Origin: Eledone cirrhosa
Taxonomy: Eukaryota
Assembly: GCA_964016885.1 (NCBI GenBank)
Contig: OZ024741.1
Span: forward strand, 176,018,001-176,082,000
DNA length: 64,000 nt
Direction of reading: 5' to 3'
Part shown: positions 1 through 13,450 of the stretch, piece after piece
Numbering within the stretch: the stretch's first letter is position 1
Layout: each line of letters begins with the position of its first letter
Translations under genes and position numbers: made by a program
Notes under the pieces: model-generated
The model's input: only the letters and a program-made list of their open reading frames with translations
Told to the model about the DNA's origin: nothing
Databases searched by the model: none

Positions 1-63
1 TTGTGGCCGTCTAAACTACATATTTTACACATTTCGCAATGCTTCAAGCAAACTTTAACACCC

Positions 64-131
<68 letters not shown>

Positions 132-136
132 ATATA

Positions 137-167
<31 letters not shown>

Positions 168-168
168 T

Positions 169-336
169 ATAGATGTATAAAAAAGGTGTGGTAACATACC
201 AAGTGGACCATAATGCACCAGAGTACTCGATACTTAGAGTAGTAGAGTGGGTAATAGGAAAAGAGTGAGGACCACGTTCGGATCTAGCAGTCGAAACGGC
301 CGAAGGTCAGCCGTCAGGGTCCTGACTCTTTTCCTA

Positions 337-338
<2 letters not shown>
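169..338. mobile_element. Small (TA)n-flanked element with internal inversion and the 3' half of a hammerhead; relatives at 3326-3386, 3646-3700 and 39541-39682
   Basis: Inverted repeat aataggaaaagagt/actcttttcctatt. GAAAC-GGC...GCC-GTC stem III at 293-315. The uninverted order is seen at 39555-39682. Confidence 0.7.
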
Positions 339-384
<46 letters not shown>

Positions 385-454
385 TATGAAGAGAGAGGAA
401 ACATTTAGATATAATTAGTAATAAAATGTATCATACCTAAACTGTTCCTAAATT

Positions 455-540
455 CCTCGACTACGTAGTTTCGTGGCATAAACAAAAACAATATATCAAA
501 GATATAGAGTCCTTGCGAGGTCTGCCGACTTATCAAGAGG
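455..540 (-). ncRNA. Type I hammerhead ribozyme, U3-A8 core variant, extended stem II
   Basis: Minus strand reads CCTC-TTGATAA-GTCGGCA...TGCCAC-GAAA-CTACGTA-GTC-GAGG. Stem I is CCTC/GAGG, stem III is the palindrome ACTACGTAGT and the cleavage triplet is GUC. Confidence 0.75.
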
Positions 541-1045
541 ATACCTCATTTTACTAGTCTCAAGAACGCGTCTACACGACGTGAGAAAGAATCCCAAAAG
601 GCGGAGGGGGAGACAGTCACGCGATATAACGGTCGAGAAACAGAGCTAAGCCTCTTATAACCACGAAGAAAATACCACGGAGGCGGAGGGGGTATTCATA
701 TCGAGGCCGTAGAAGAGGTAGTGAAGAAGGCGAGAAGTATGAGTAATGGAAGCTTTCCAGTTGTCCCCACACTTCAAAGATTGCTCGACCAGAGGGAGTT
801 ATTAATATATTTAGAAACACACAGATACATGCGGACACACACATATATACATGAATGCATCCGCACCCAACTGTGAGTTAAGGGTGCCAACTTCACCGAT
901 GTTGCTCAATGAATGACTGGGACAGACCAATTCAGTTTGAACCAGACTGAACCAGTATCAGAGTTAAAAATACATTATGAAGAGAGAGGAAACATTTAGA
1001 TATAATTAGTAATAAAATGTATCATACCTAAACTGTTCCTAAATT

Positions 1046-1131
1046 CCTCGACTACGTAGTTTCGTGGCATAAACAAAAACAATATATCAAAGATATAGAG
1101 TCCTTGCGAGGTCTGCCGACTTATCAAGAGG
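1046..1131 (-). ncRNA. Second copy of the U3-A8 hammerhead
   Basis: Same sequence as 455-540, offset by 591. Confidence 0.75.
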
Positions 1132-1795
1132 ATACCTCATTTTACTAGTCTCAAGAACGCGTCTACACGACGTGAGAAAGAATCCCAAAAGGCGGAGAGG
1201 GAGACAGTCACGCGATATAACGGTCGAGAAACAGAGCTAAGCCTCTTATAACCACGAAGAAAATACCACGGAGGCGGAGGGGGTATTCATATCGAGGCCG
1301 TAGAAGAGGTAGTGAAGAAGGCGAGAAGTATGAGTAATGGAAGCTTTCCAGTTGTCCCCACACTTCAAAGATTGCTCGACCAGAGGGAGTTATTAATATA
1401 TTTAGAAACACACAGATACATGCGGACACACACATATATACATGAATGCATCCGCACCCAATATATATATATAAAGAATTAATATCTAGTAACATATATA
1501 TATGTTACTAGATATTAATTCTTTATAATTATCTCCAAATTATTTGTCGAGCAATATTGGCCAGGACTGCTGCCATGGCAGCAGGCAGGCCGCTGTCTTC
1601 TTAACAAACCACTTTCCACTGATTGACCTCGATGTCACGTGATTGATTCTTTTTGAATTGCCACCGACGCAGTAGGCAGTGATTTTCTCAATGGCTAGGA
1701 ATTCAGTCCACGCTTTGCTATTTTCTATCCACTGAATTATTTTTGTATAAGTTTCCAGAGTCCACGCTTTGACTGGATACTTAGCTGAGAATAGA

Positions 1796-1875
1796 CTTCC
1801 CTGACGACGAAATGATTCTCTATATTTTCTTCGGAAAGTATATTTATTCCATTTCAGAAACTAATTAGTTGGGAG
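1796..1875 (+). ncRNA. Type I hammerhead inside a (TA)n-flanked element (about 1472-1924)
   Basis: CTTCC-CTGACGA-CGAAATG...CATTTCA-GAAA-CTAATTA-GTT-GGGAG, with palindromic stem III ACTAATTAGT. Confidence 0.75.
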
Positions 1876-1917
1876 CGAAATTTTAGTAAGTTAATTTTAT
1901 AATTTTCTTATTTTACG

Positions 1918-1954
<37 letters not shown>

Positions 1955-1955
<1 letters not shown>

Positions 1956-2180
1956 ACAGTCGATTGACCAGATCTGAGACCTCGTCAACTCATACTCGGG
2001 AAACTCTGCTTTCACTGGTCTTCCCAAATGCTAATACTATCTGTCGGTCGCAAATTCAAGCAGAACGTGAAATAAAGTGTTTTCCTCAAGGTCATAATGT
2101 ATCACCCGTTCCTAGAATCGAAATCACAACCTCACGATTGCGAATACGATTTTCTAACTACTCATTCATGCGCCTTCACT
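1955..2180 (-). mobile_element. Decayed tRNA-derived SINE
   Basis: Reverse complement starts GAAGGCGCATG...GTTAG...TTCGATTC, homologous to the 4759 copy. Confidence 0.6.
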
Positions 2181-2422
2181 ATATATATATATACATACAC
2201 TATATTTGTGTGTGTGTGGGGGGGGGGGGGGGCAGTTTGTTTGTGTGTGTATTTGGTTGTGTGTGTGTTCATCGCATATTACGTGATAGCTCTTGAATTT
2301 TCTTTCTTGACTGTCGCAACACTAATTGGAGTATCGTTATTGTCTCAAAGAAACTGCAGTAGGGACTTTAAAGTAAGTGAAGATTTTTTCCTATCTTCTT
2401 TGCTTTTCCCAGATAGAATTAT

Positions 2423-2481
<59 letters not shown>

Positions 2482-2497
2482 AATATATATATATATA

Positions 2498-2532
<35 letters not shown>

Positions 2533-2536
<4 letters not shown>

Positions 2537-3003
2537 CTGTAGCCAATCTAACGAAATACAATTAGGAATTATGCAGCCAAGCAGGCGATGAGGCTGTGCT
2601 CAGAGTAATAACATACGTTAGGTAGCAGGATGAATTGAAACTGTGGCAGGCAAGCCTAGCCACAAGACCGAAGCAACGAAAAAACTTTCAAGTTAGATAT
2701 CAAACCTAGAAGACACTGCACCGTGCCTCCGTTAGGTTTCTATGAATCCAAAATCAACAATCCCTACTTGCGCAAGTATGCAGGTTTTTTGTGTTTGATG
2801 ACCGAACTGAGGATCCATGTTATCAGCAGGTTCCCGTTCTGTGCCTTGACCCGGTGTGAGATAAAGCAGTAGGCCACTGCTGGTAGCAGCGGTCAATGCT
2901 TCAACTATAACGTGCTTTTCCCCAACACGAGAAATAACCCCGGGGTTTTGACGGGCAAACTCAAAATGTGAATAAAGGAACTGTGTTCCCTGCACAAACC
3001 GAA
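2533..3003 (-). mobile_element. Microsatellite-flanked element related to the 620-bp family at 20.7 kb, with a degenerate HHR at 2703-2832
   Basis: Shares agagtaataacatacgtt, tgaatcc.aaatcaa and gaaataacccc blocks with 20821-21170. Minus strand reads AACCTG-CTGATAA...GAAAC...TAGGTT. Confidence 0.6.
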
Positions 3004-3327
<324 letters not shown>

Positions 3328-3403
3328 TAAACAAAGGAAAATGTGCTAAGATGGCAGGTGGACCATAACGCACCAGCGTACTCGATATATATATATATAT
3401 ATA

Positions 3404-3579
3404 TAATAAAAAAAAATACACAGATACATGCGAATACATATACATGCATATACACACATATATCCCTGAATTTGTGTTTTTGCAAAGTAGCCGCGAAACT
3501 GTACAGTCGAGATTGCAGAGGAATATTGGGTATTTATATTTTTTTATTTATGTCTAATATTTCTTCTTTCTTTATAATG

Positions 3580-3582
<3 letters not shown>
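3404..3582. mobile_element. Diverged, internally inverted fragment of the 591-bp family with the HHR 3' half
   Basis: acacagatacatgcg matches about 820-835. gccgcGAAACTGTACAGTCgag and the terminal tataatgta match the reverse complement of 381-477. Confidence 0.65.
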
Positions 3583-3648
<66 letters not shown>

Positions 3649-3823
3649 AACAAGTAAGACCCCGACGGCTGGGCTCAAGCCGTTTCGACGGCTACTAGAT
3701 AAGAAAGATATATATATATATATATATATATAAACTCGTAGAGCAAACATTTATTATTAGATCTAGACTAATAATAAATATATATATATAACCGTCATGT
3801 TGCCATGTTCATATTACTTATTA

Positions 3824-3886
<63 letters not shown>

Positions 3887-4758
3887 CATTATGATATATG
3901 GCACCACGATTTTAAATATCTCCAACGCAGTTTTCGTAGTAATATTAGAAACAATATAAATATTGCTCCTATAAAAGTGTATGTGGTATATTAATTATTG
4001 ATATCTATAATATATTATTTCGTCAATTTCATTATATATTTCATGGCTCAGATGTCTGAAGGACATAGACATTGTGTATATAAGAAATTATATATTCCAT
4101 TTGAGTCCATAGTTAAAGTGTTACATCCGTAGATTGTATGAGCGTAATATAGATGTACGAATTTGTGAAATATTGTGAATTCGAACAAATACATATATAC
4201 ATATACAAATAGCACATGAAATATACTACACATATACAGCACATACATATATGTACAATATGTACCTATAAATATATAACTATACATACAACGAACGCCT
4301 GCGCAAACATACATAATCAAATTAGGAAAGCATATAAATACTCTATATATAAATCATATGCCATTTCCCTCTCACACACATAGAAATATATCAATATACA
4401 CACGCTTATTCAGATTATGCTTTGTATGCGAACGTGTGTGTGAATGCGTGCGCGTCTGTCTTTGTATGTGTGCGTGAAACATACGATACTTCACAAATTC
4501 ATGTATTCTCATTTCCACATGCAATTTTTCACGAAACAAATCATATTTGACGCAAAACATAGTTATGATTTATTATATTTAATCAATAAATGTTATTTAT
4601 GATATTTGTCCGCCATTTTTCAGGGGCAAAAATGTTAAACGATGCCCGACCTACGAAAATGAAAATAAAGAAGAAAAACAAATACGGAAAATATTAAATG
4701 TTCTAACAAATCATTTTATGAAAATGAGTTTTTATGACTGTCATATTTATCTAAGCAT

Positions 4759-5040
4759 GAAGGCGCATGGCTTAGTGGTTAACCTATTTAGTTCAGGATC
4801 ATAAGCTCATGAGTTCGATTCCTGATGACAAGTTGTATTTTAAAACAAGTAACTTTGTTTCACCATTCCTAAAAACATTCAGCTGTGGAAAATGAATTGG
4901 GTCTGTAATGCAGAGGTACAATTATCACACATAGTGTCATAAGGAATTTCACTGAGAAATACATGGGAGATACACGTTTGTGTAGAATATTTTGCCACGG
5001 GCACGTTGATTTCTCGACCAGGTTGTTCTATTGATCAAAC
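4759..5040 (+). mobile_element. tRNA-derived SINE
   Basis: A-box TGGCTTAGTGG and B-box GAGTTCGATTCC. Confidence 0.7.
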
Positions 5041-5773
5041 AGTTGATCAAACAATTGATCAAACTAAACATTACTTTAGGAAACATAGTTACTGAATCGG
5101 ATTAAAATATTTTCATATTTGATTCAACGCTATGCGCTCTGATCTCAACTTTTCTATTTATCCTTTGGGCGTCGCTATATAAAATAATAGTTCAGAGCGT
5201 CGGCTTGGTAAAAATGATAGACAGAAGAATGAAATGCTTTGCGGTATCTCCTTTTTCTGTTTGTGTTCTGAATTGGGATACGTATCAATGTTGACTAGTT
5301 GATTCGGTATTTCATTCTCAATTGGATAACATCAGTCGCGTGTAGATGGATAATATGCATGCATGGGCGACTGCTACTTTTGTGCAAAAATACATTACCC
5401 TGGCCTACGACATAGAATGTAAATTTCCAAGTGCACACCCACTGTCATACCATGCCTCTAGTGCATATTTATTTATGTATTATATATATATATATCCAGT
5501 ACGAAGCCGCTTCCCTCACTCTTTAACGCAAGTATGCAATGTGGTCAGCTAGGTTCGAATTTTAATAATACGAACTTAGATACCCGTTGTGTCAGTGTGG
5601 GAAAGGCCGAAGTTATGTCCATCTTATTCGACTTGTTTCGTGTCCTAATTGTTTATATATATTCGAAATTGAAATAGACAATGGAAAAAACAACCGAAAG
5701 ACTAACAGTCCCATATCCTTAGTTAACCTCTAGAAATCACTACGATTTCGATACAAAATAGACAAGCACTCAA

Positions 5774-5822
<49 letters not shown>

Positions 5823-5877
5823 AGATTGCTCTTATATCCTCGTGTCTAGCCCAACTTTGAATCCCACCAACGTTTGA

Positions 5878-7790
5878 ATGAATTTACACGAGCCGGATTA
5901 CTCTCTGAAGAATATCCCAACTATGTTTACTCAAAGCTTCTCCTACAAAGCGCAAGATGTGAAACGGGAAAGATGGTGAGTCCTAGCTTTCGATAGTAAA
6001 ATTATAGACAGCACTAACACCTATAACCTGAAATCGAGATCCTGTCCTCCTAAGGATATTGAAATCGCTCCATTCGAAGCGGACCTTCTTGATTTAGTCG
6101 TTAACATTTCCTTTCGCAGACACCCTAGCACTTTCGAAAACAAACTTAGAAGTGACATTAAGAAATTTAGGTCTTCCATTAATACTTTCGTCCTTTCTGA
6201 TAAAATTAATAACATTTACGAAGTCGATAATATTTCGTACAGCCACTTGGCAAACAGCGCTATAACTTCTAATTATAAGAAGGTAGACCCCACGGCCTAC
6301 CACTACATCAATACGGAAGCCAAGCATCTAGCCCCCACCCTTAAGGTAGATAAGAATCTCCAATGCTTAGCTAAGCGTGAGGCCTTTCTCACCCTTAAGG
6401 ATCACAAGGTAGACTTTGCTTCTAAGCCCACGTGTAGACTACTGAACCCGGCACGTACGCAGATGGGGCTAGTCAGTAAGGCTATGTTTAGGAATATAGT
6501 TATGTCTATTAGGACTAAGTCCAACTTGTCCCAGTGTGAAACAATGTTTCTGTCATTAAGTGGTTCAACTCTTTCAGCTCCAAAAAACCGAAATTCCCTC
6601 AGTTCGACATTGTGGAATTTTACCCGTCGATCTCGGCGATCCTGTTGAATAAAGCATTGGATTTAGCGACCACCTATACCGCCGTCCTTCATTTAGACAG
6701 GCAGATCATTGCACATTGCTGGAAAACCTCCTCTTCAACAATGGAGTAGCCTGGACAAAGAAGTCAACTGCATCAAAACTATTCGACGCACCAATGGGAT
6801 CATTTGATAGTGCTGATATATGAGACTTGGTTGGCTTATTTATCTTAAATACGCTACGAACTAGATTCCCAGACGTCCACACTGGCTTATACCGCGATGA
6901 TGGTCTGATCCTATCGAGCCATAAATGAGGTCACGACCCGGACTGTTTTAAAAATAATGTAATTGCAACATTTAATGAGTTAGGACTTAGGATCACACTA
7001 GCTACTAACCTTACTAGCGTAGATTACTTAGAGATAAATTTAGCTCTTCACACACATACCTTTAGACCCTTCCACAAAGTAAATTAAATACTAAATTACA
7101 TACACAAAGACTCATGTCACCCACCTAAAGTTTTCGGAAACTTCATGAAAAATATCGGCACTAGAATCTCTAACCTCTCTTCTAATAAAACAGTCTTTGA
7201 CAGAGTGGCACCTTATTACAACGCGGCGTTAGCTAATAGCGGCTTCTCACAATCAATTTCTTACTCCCCTCCTAACGCCAACAGCAATAGAAAAATTAAT
7301 AGAATACTAATTTTGACCCCCCACCCCCAACACACACACACACTTCTCACTGAACCTTAAAACTAATGTAGGTGAAATATGTTTAGCTCTCTTAGATAGG
7401 TACTTCCCCATAGGTCATAAATAATGCTTCATCTTTAACAAACACAGGGTGAGACTAGGATACTCCTGTGCTAAGTATATGAAGGCCTACATCACCAACA
7501 ACCCGAAGAGCAGAATTTCTCCATGATGCTCTTGCAAAGGCCGGTTTACAAAACGCTTCCTGAATCATCTGTAGACATTCAGGCACCCGGACCGACGATC
7601 GTCCACGAGACTCGCAAGCCACATATGGTCCCTCAAGGACGCATGCCTGGATTACTCCATTCAATGGAAAGTTATTACTAAGAAAGTTATTACTAAATAG
7701 GAATCCGTCTTGTGGTCTGTGCATTGAAGAAAGTATCAATATCCTTAGAAATCGCATAATAGCGCTTGTCTAAATACAAGGAATGAATAA
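5878..7790 (+). pseudogene. Near full-length degenerate Penelope-like element ORF (RT plus C-terminal GIY-YIG region; Naiad-like by motif style)
   Basis: MNLHEPDYSLKNIP start; AFLTLKDHK...PTCRLLNP; FDIVEFYPSI; MGSFDSADI*DLVGLFIL; GLYRDDGL; SCHPPKVF...RISNLSS; terminal CGLCIEE...LNTRNE. Many frameshifts and stops. Confidence 0.85.
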
Positions 7791-8599
7791 CCTATTATAT
7801 TCCGAGTTATCTTGGTTGAAAATCGATGAAAGGAAAATTTGGTCTCTGCAGGATATGAGTCGAAACACGCACCATAATGCTCTAAAAAGTGCTAGTCCAG
7901 CACCTACATATCATATTAACCGATTGCGCATCCACTCATTCCAAACAGTCTCTCTTTCTATGAAACAAACCCACCCTTTTTAAAGAGTTACTATTTAGAT
8001 TAAAATGTTCCAACATAATTTGTTACAAACAATATCTTCTTCATGAAATAATTAATAATTTTAATAAATCTCTAAAACAATCTTTATTAATCAATTCAAG
8101 GATAGTGATTATATTTAGAAATATAGTGGGAGTACGGCTCCTCTGTATTCGGACCTGGTGTACGTGTGTGTGTTTACTTCTATTCATTTCGATATGTCAG
8201 TAACTTATAATGATTGTACCGGATATATTTCTTTTTATAACACATAATGTTTGTTTTCAATTTTTCCATGTCTTTCAATTCAACAGTCATTAGTTGCAAA
8301 AAAGAAAAACAAAATTTGTTCCTGTTGTTCATGAGCTGTCCTGTCATAAGCTGACCTGGGTTTACTTTAGAAGCGACCATCGCAGGGTTAAGGAGTCAAT
8401 TTACATTTGAAGGTCATTCTAAAATTAGTTTAATCTTAAAATGCCGCATTAAAGAATTGTACGACAAAATGTAATTACGTTTATTGCGGTAATGTAATTT
8501 TAGACAATAAATATGAAATAAAAGACGTAAACTAATATTTTAATGACTCTTTTAGAGTTATTTTCTGTTTTGGGGGTTCTCACATTTTCAAATATATAA

Positions 8600-8669
<70 letters not shown>

Positions 8670-8684
8670 ATATGTACATGTATG

Positions 8685-8736
<52 letters not shown>

Positions 8737-8768
8737 TCGTTCTCCCTTCCCTCGCTCACTCCCTGTGC

Positions 8769-8907
<139 letters not shown>

Positions 8908-8955
8908 CATATATATATGTGTGTGTGTGTATGTGTGTTTAGGTATATATGTATG

Positions 8956-8986
<31 letters not shown>

Positions 8987-9264
8987 TTGTATGTGTGTAT
9001 GTCGGTTTAATCAATATTGTAATCTAATAACTGGATAATCCTTGAATTATATTAATTTAATGAAGGATAATCCAGCTATCAAATTTATACAATGTATAGT
9101 GCATTATTACAGTGTAGTAGTAGTATGTTAAGTTCTTATTTAATTAAGATGCATGTGTGGCTTTTACTTTCAAATAAAGACGAAAGCAGTGGTAATTCCT
9201 ACTGGTGTCGTAGAGAGGATGGAATGCTATATTTAAAACCTACTGGATCCCATTTACACCCCAC

Positions 9265-9476
9265 ATCAGATCACAGCCGATATCACACAGAGAGTGAGGT
9301 GAGAGAGCGGAGAATCGCCCCTCCTCAGTAATGTGATGGCAATTTACTTATCGGCCTCGGAATGATGAAAGGCAAAGTTAACCTCGAGAGGATTTCAATC
9401 CAGTGATCAGATAGCCAGAACTAATTCGACAAAGCATTTCATTCAACTTTATAACTCTCCTGCTAATCCTCCGCCT
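9265..9476 (-). mobile_element. SINE (GCCTTTCATCC...GTCGATAAA core family)
   Basis: gatgaaaggcaaagttaacctc is the reverse complement of the core seen at 22324-22345. Confidence 0.7.
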
Positions 9477-9599
9477 TCAATATGGTTATGAATATGTAAA
9501 TAGCACAGAAGTTCTTTATGATAAAATGAAATTTATTCTAAACTTTAAAACAAAACCCGTTTTAGATCAAGCTTAATAAAATGTGTAATGTTGAACACT

Positions 9600-9790
9600 A
9601 ATGGTTCTGCCAGCACATCTCCCCCACCATCCCCCGGGGAAAGCCTTGTCTGTTCTGTCCGTCGGAGACGCGTGGCGACCATTGCGAGGTCCCCCATTTG
9701 CTCACAATAGTGAGAGATGTGGAGAGTGAGAGAGACGGAGGCAGTGACAGTGGGAGTGTGCTTCTTTCGTGTTTGGACCTGGTGTATATT
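9600..9790. repeat. Unclassified GC-richer dispersed repeat, second copy at about 31390-31572
   Basis: Shared ttctgtccg.cggag, ccccatttgctcac.ata and gagagaga.ggaggc blocks. Confidence 0.7.
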
Positions 9791-10045
9791 AGAAACACTA
9801 ATTAATGTCAGAGTCAGTACTAGAAACACTAATAATTGTGAATAAAGTAGTACTAAGTACTATAGCCAAACTGAAGTAAAGTTCAGTGGCACCAACAAAT
9901 TCAATTTATGAGAAACAGTAACATGTAAATCTATTTAACTAAGACAGACATTTTGTTAGCAAGAAATAAGAACTTAATCAGTATTGTCTGTTTATCTGAT
10001 ATGAACAATATATATATATGCATAAATATATACACACACACACAT

Positions 10046-10103
<58 letters not shown>

Positions 10104-10114
10104 GTATATGTATA

Positions 10115-10208
<94 letters not shown>

Positions 10209-10212
10209 TATA

Positions 10213-10292
<80 letters not shown>

Positions 10293-10294
<2 letters not shown>

Positions 10295-10692
10295 GTTAAA
10301 CAATATTCATTGAGTATGTCAAAGAATGAGTTTTACAGTAGATTGGAAGCACTCTACGGTAATAATAATTTTCCGGAGTTATTAATATTAAAATATAAAT
10401 ATTAATAAAATAGATGTTCTTTTGATCAATTACATTTTAATATACATATTTCGGATGTACAACAGTACGTCCACATCAGACAAAATATAATGATACATGA
10501 CATACCTTGAGATGTTAAATGGTTAAGATTTAATCAAGGTAGACTACATTGATTAAATCTTAACCATTTAACATCTCAAGGTATGTCATGTATCATTATA
10601 TTTTGTCTGATGTGGACGTAATGTTGTACATCCGAAATATGTATATTAAAATGTAATTGATCAAAAGAACATCTATTTTATTAATATTTATA

Positions 10693-10700
<8 letters not shown>
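10293..10700. mobile_element. (TA)n-flanked fold-back element (about 150-bp arms) with a mutated HHR core (CTGATGT) in the arms
   Basis: 10387-10536 is the near-perfect reverse complement of 10549-10699. Homologous to 23480-23780. Confidence 0.85.
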
Positions 10701-10757
<57 letters not shown>

Positions 10758-10933
10758 TAAACGGAATAGAAAATGCTGACAAATTGTTCACAGTAGAAAA
10801 ATGGTTTAATTAGGAATAAAAGAGTATTAGTGATTGTATGGGTTAGTATTCAGTTGTGGTTTTAAGTTTTTCAAAACTTAAAACCACAACTGAATACTAA
10901 CCCATACAATCACTAATACTCTTTTATTCCTAA

Positions 10934-12131
10934 CTAGCAGTAAAGCCCGGCGTTGCTCGGGGTCGCTCAGTAGCTGTGTTAAAGTTACAATGTTAAGTTT
11001 CTTTTTTGGCTTAAAACTGTAGTGTCTACTGTGCAGACTTGCATGTGGTGTTTTTGATTAATATTCCCTCAACCAACAATATGCCTTATGAAGTTAAGAA
11101 AACATAACGATAACCCGAATGTTATAACAAAAGAGGATGCTGGGGATAAAAACTGCACTGGTTATTTATTAACAAAGTTCGAAAATGTAAACACTGCAAC
11201 GCAGAGAAAAACATTAGCGTAACCAAATTATCAGTTATGTCTGTCTGCACGCCTATATCACCTCTCTGCACGACTGTCTGTCTGCACGCCTATATCACCT
11301 CTCTGCACGACTGTCTGTCTGCACGCCTATATCAACTCTCTGCACGACTGTCTGTCTGCACGCCTATATCACCTCTCTGCACGACTGTCTGTCTGCACGC
11401 CTATATCACCTCTCTGCACGACTGTCTGTCTGCACGCCTATATCACCTCTCTGCACGACTGTCTGTCTGCACGCCTAACGAAATTTACAGATACATATAT
11501 TTTAAATAAACTTATATAATTTTTGCTTTTTTTTACGAAATATTTGCTTGTTTTACGTAGTCTTTAAATAGACTTGTTTTCAAGTAAAAATATTGTTTTA
11601 AAAGGCTTTTAAATGGAAATGAAGCAAAACGGAAGCTTAGTGTTCGAACTGATGAATTTTGCAGGTCAAAATTTTGCTGGCTCGACAACTGTTCGTGTAT
11701 TGTGTTAATGTCATTTTAAACGCTGAGAAAGCCAGCGTAATTTTTTTAATTTTTGCCAGCGTAATTTTTTTAATTTTTGCACGCAGAAAATGTAAACAGA
11801 ACGTAAGACGCTACGCTGAATGTAAACAGAACAAAGGGAAATCATTTTTTTAATTTTTGCACGCAGAAAATGTAAAGAGAACGTAAGACGCTACGCTGAA
11901 TGTAAACAGAACAAAGGGAAATAACTGATCACTTACGCTCAAAAATCGATACATTATATTCGATTTCGTCAGATAGGGCGGGTCAATTTGAAATATTTTT
12001 TTTCCGATGTCTTCGCTAGGGCTCAATGTACAAGTATAGCAATTTCGGTGCAATTCCGTGAGAGATTCTAAGAGGAGATGTGTGCCAAAAATCGATAGAC
12101 AGACAGACAACCTCAGTTTTATATATATAGA
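10934..12131 (-). mobile_element. Complete non-autonomous Helitron
   Basis: Minus strand begins TCTATATATATAAAA and ends CTAG, with subterminal hairpin cccggcgttgctcggg. It is inserted between A and T with no TSD, and the empty site is preserved in the other arm. Confidence 0.9.
11238..11477. repeat. 37-bp minisatellite (about 6.5 copies) inside the Helitron
   Basis: Unit ctgtctgtctgcacgcctatatcacctctctgcacga. Confidence 0.95.
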
Positions 12132-12258
12132 TTAAACCATTTTTCAACTGTGAACAATTTGTCAGCATTTTCTATTCCGTTTACCAATATAAAATAACTT
12201 GTGTTACACCTCTATTCTTTTAACTATATATATATATATATATATAACAAAGAGAGTG

Positions 12259-12310
<52 letters not shown>

Positions 12311-12868
12311 TAAAACCACTCTCTTACTCACTTTGTTTTTCTCTCTTAGACACACACACATACATACACACAGAAACACATGGACTAATGTCATTCTAGC
12401 ACACATAGGATGAACATACGCACAGTAACATGACAATATGCACACATGTTTGTCAACACACAGACACATACACCAACCCACACATACACACACATAATAT
12501 CAATTCCCCCTCTGTCTCTCCCACACACAAACACAATATAAATCATCTCTTTCTCGACCACATAGACACAAACAAACACATAAATATGCGCTCACACATA
12601 AACAGATAGTCATGCAACAGTGCTGACAAATGCTGCATGAATATATGCACACTAACATAAAAACATGCACATATGCTTGTCAACAGAACATTTAGCATTA
12701 TACAAAATGAAAGGTCTAATTTAGTTGCAGGACTGATCTTTACATGCCAAGTGCACAGATTGTGCAGTGAAAAATATTTGGGCAATGAAGATAAAACAAA
12801 GAAGTGAAATATAACTAATGCGGTCTTTAGAATATGTACAAATATGTCTCATGCATTTATCATTGTTT

Positions 12869-12934
<66 letters not shown>

Positions 12935-12937
<3 letters not shown>

Positions 12938-13450
12938 TTTCATCGTTTCCTTTTCCTCTGAGAGTCTCAGCGATCTGAGATCAGCTCTCACCATCTCTGC
13001 CCAGGTCTTTCTTGATTTATCTCTCCTGCAGTTTCTTTCCACTGGTATTTCCTGTTACTTATTCATTCGGCAATCATCATTCATGAGCATCAAGTGTCCG
13101 TACCAATGCATGTTTCTCTTTTGCAAACCGCTCGGATTCCTTTTAAACCCAGCTTCTCCCTCAATTTATCCAAGCTATGCCTTTCTCTCACATAAACATT
13201 ACAACGAAGCATGGTTGTTTCATCTCTCTACAGTCTACGCATGTCTTCTGCAGTCAGACTATGTTTCCCAAAGATGCAGCATCACACTTCGCACACATGC
13301 GTCATACAGTCATACGTTTGTATGTAGGGAGAAACCTTTTGTTATCAACAGTACAGTGTAAGTAGCTCCCTATACTTTTTTCCATCCTATACTTATTCTA
13401 GCTATTATACTCTCCGAGCATCTTCCTCCGCTGCAACAGGTACCAGATCA
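12935..13450 (-). mobile_element. RTE-type LINE 3' fragment
   Basis: Frameshifted motifs resembling RLYDACVRSVMLH.SET, WYGHLM.M and RKTWAEMVRADLRSL. Confidence 0.7.

Larger units (their letters stand above)
381..1460 (-). repeat. 591-bp head-to-tail tandem (about 1.8 copies) between (TA)n tracts, one HHR per unit (retrozyme or pLTR-like)
   Basis: 381-870 recurs almost identically at 972-1460. ORF-track duplicates start at 617 and 1208 (offset 591). Confidence 0.9.
10754..12214. mobile_element. (TA)n-flanked fold-back element whose right arm is split by a Helitron; family also at about 61400-61563
   Basis: 10754-10870 is the reverse complement of 10873-10933 joined to 12132-12190. Confidence 0.85.

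Noticed and set aside
4759-4835. tRNA gene
   Set aside because: A and B boxes are present, but there is no cloverleaf and the sequence continues into a SINE body.
11238-11477. 37-bp periodicity resembling a CRISPR array
   Set aside because: There are no unique spacers or cas genes. It is a head-to-tail minisatellite in a Helitron.
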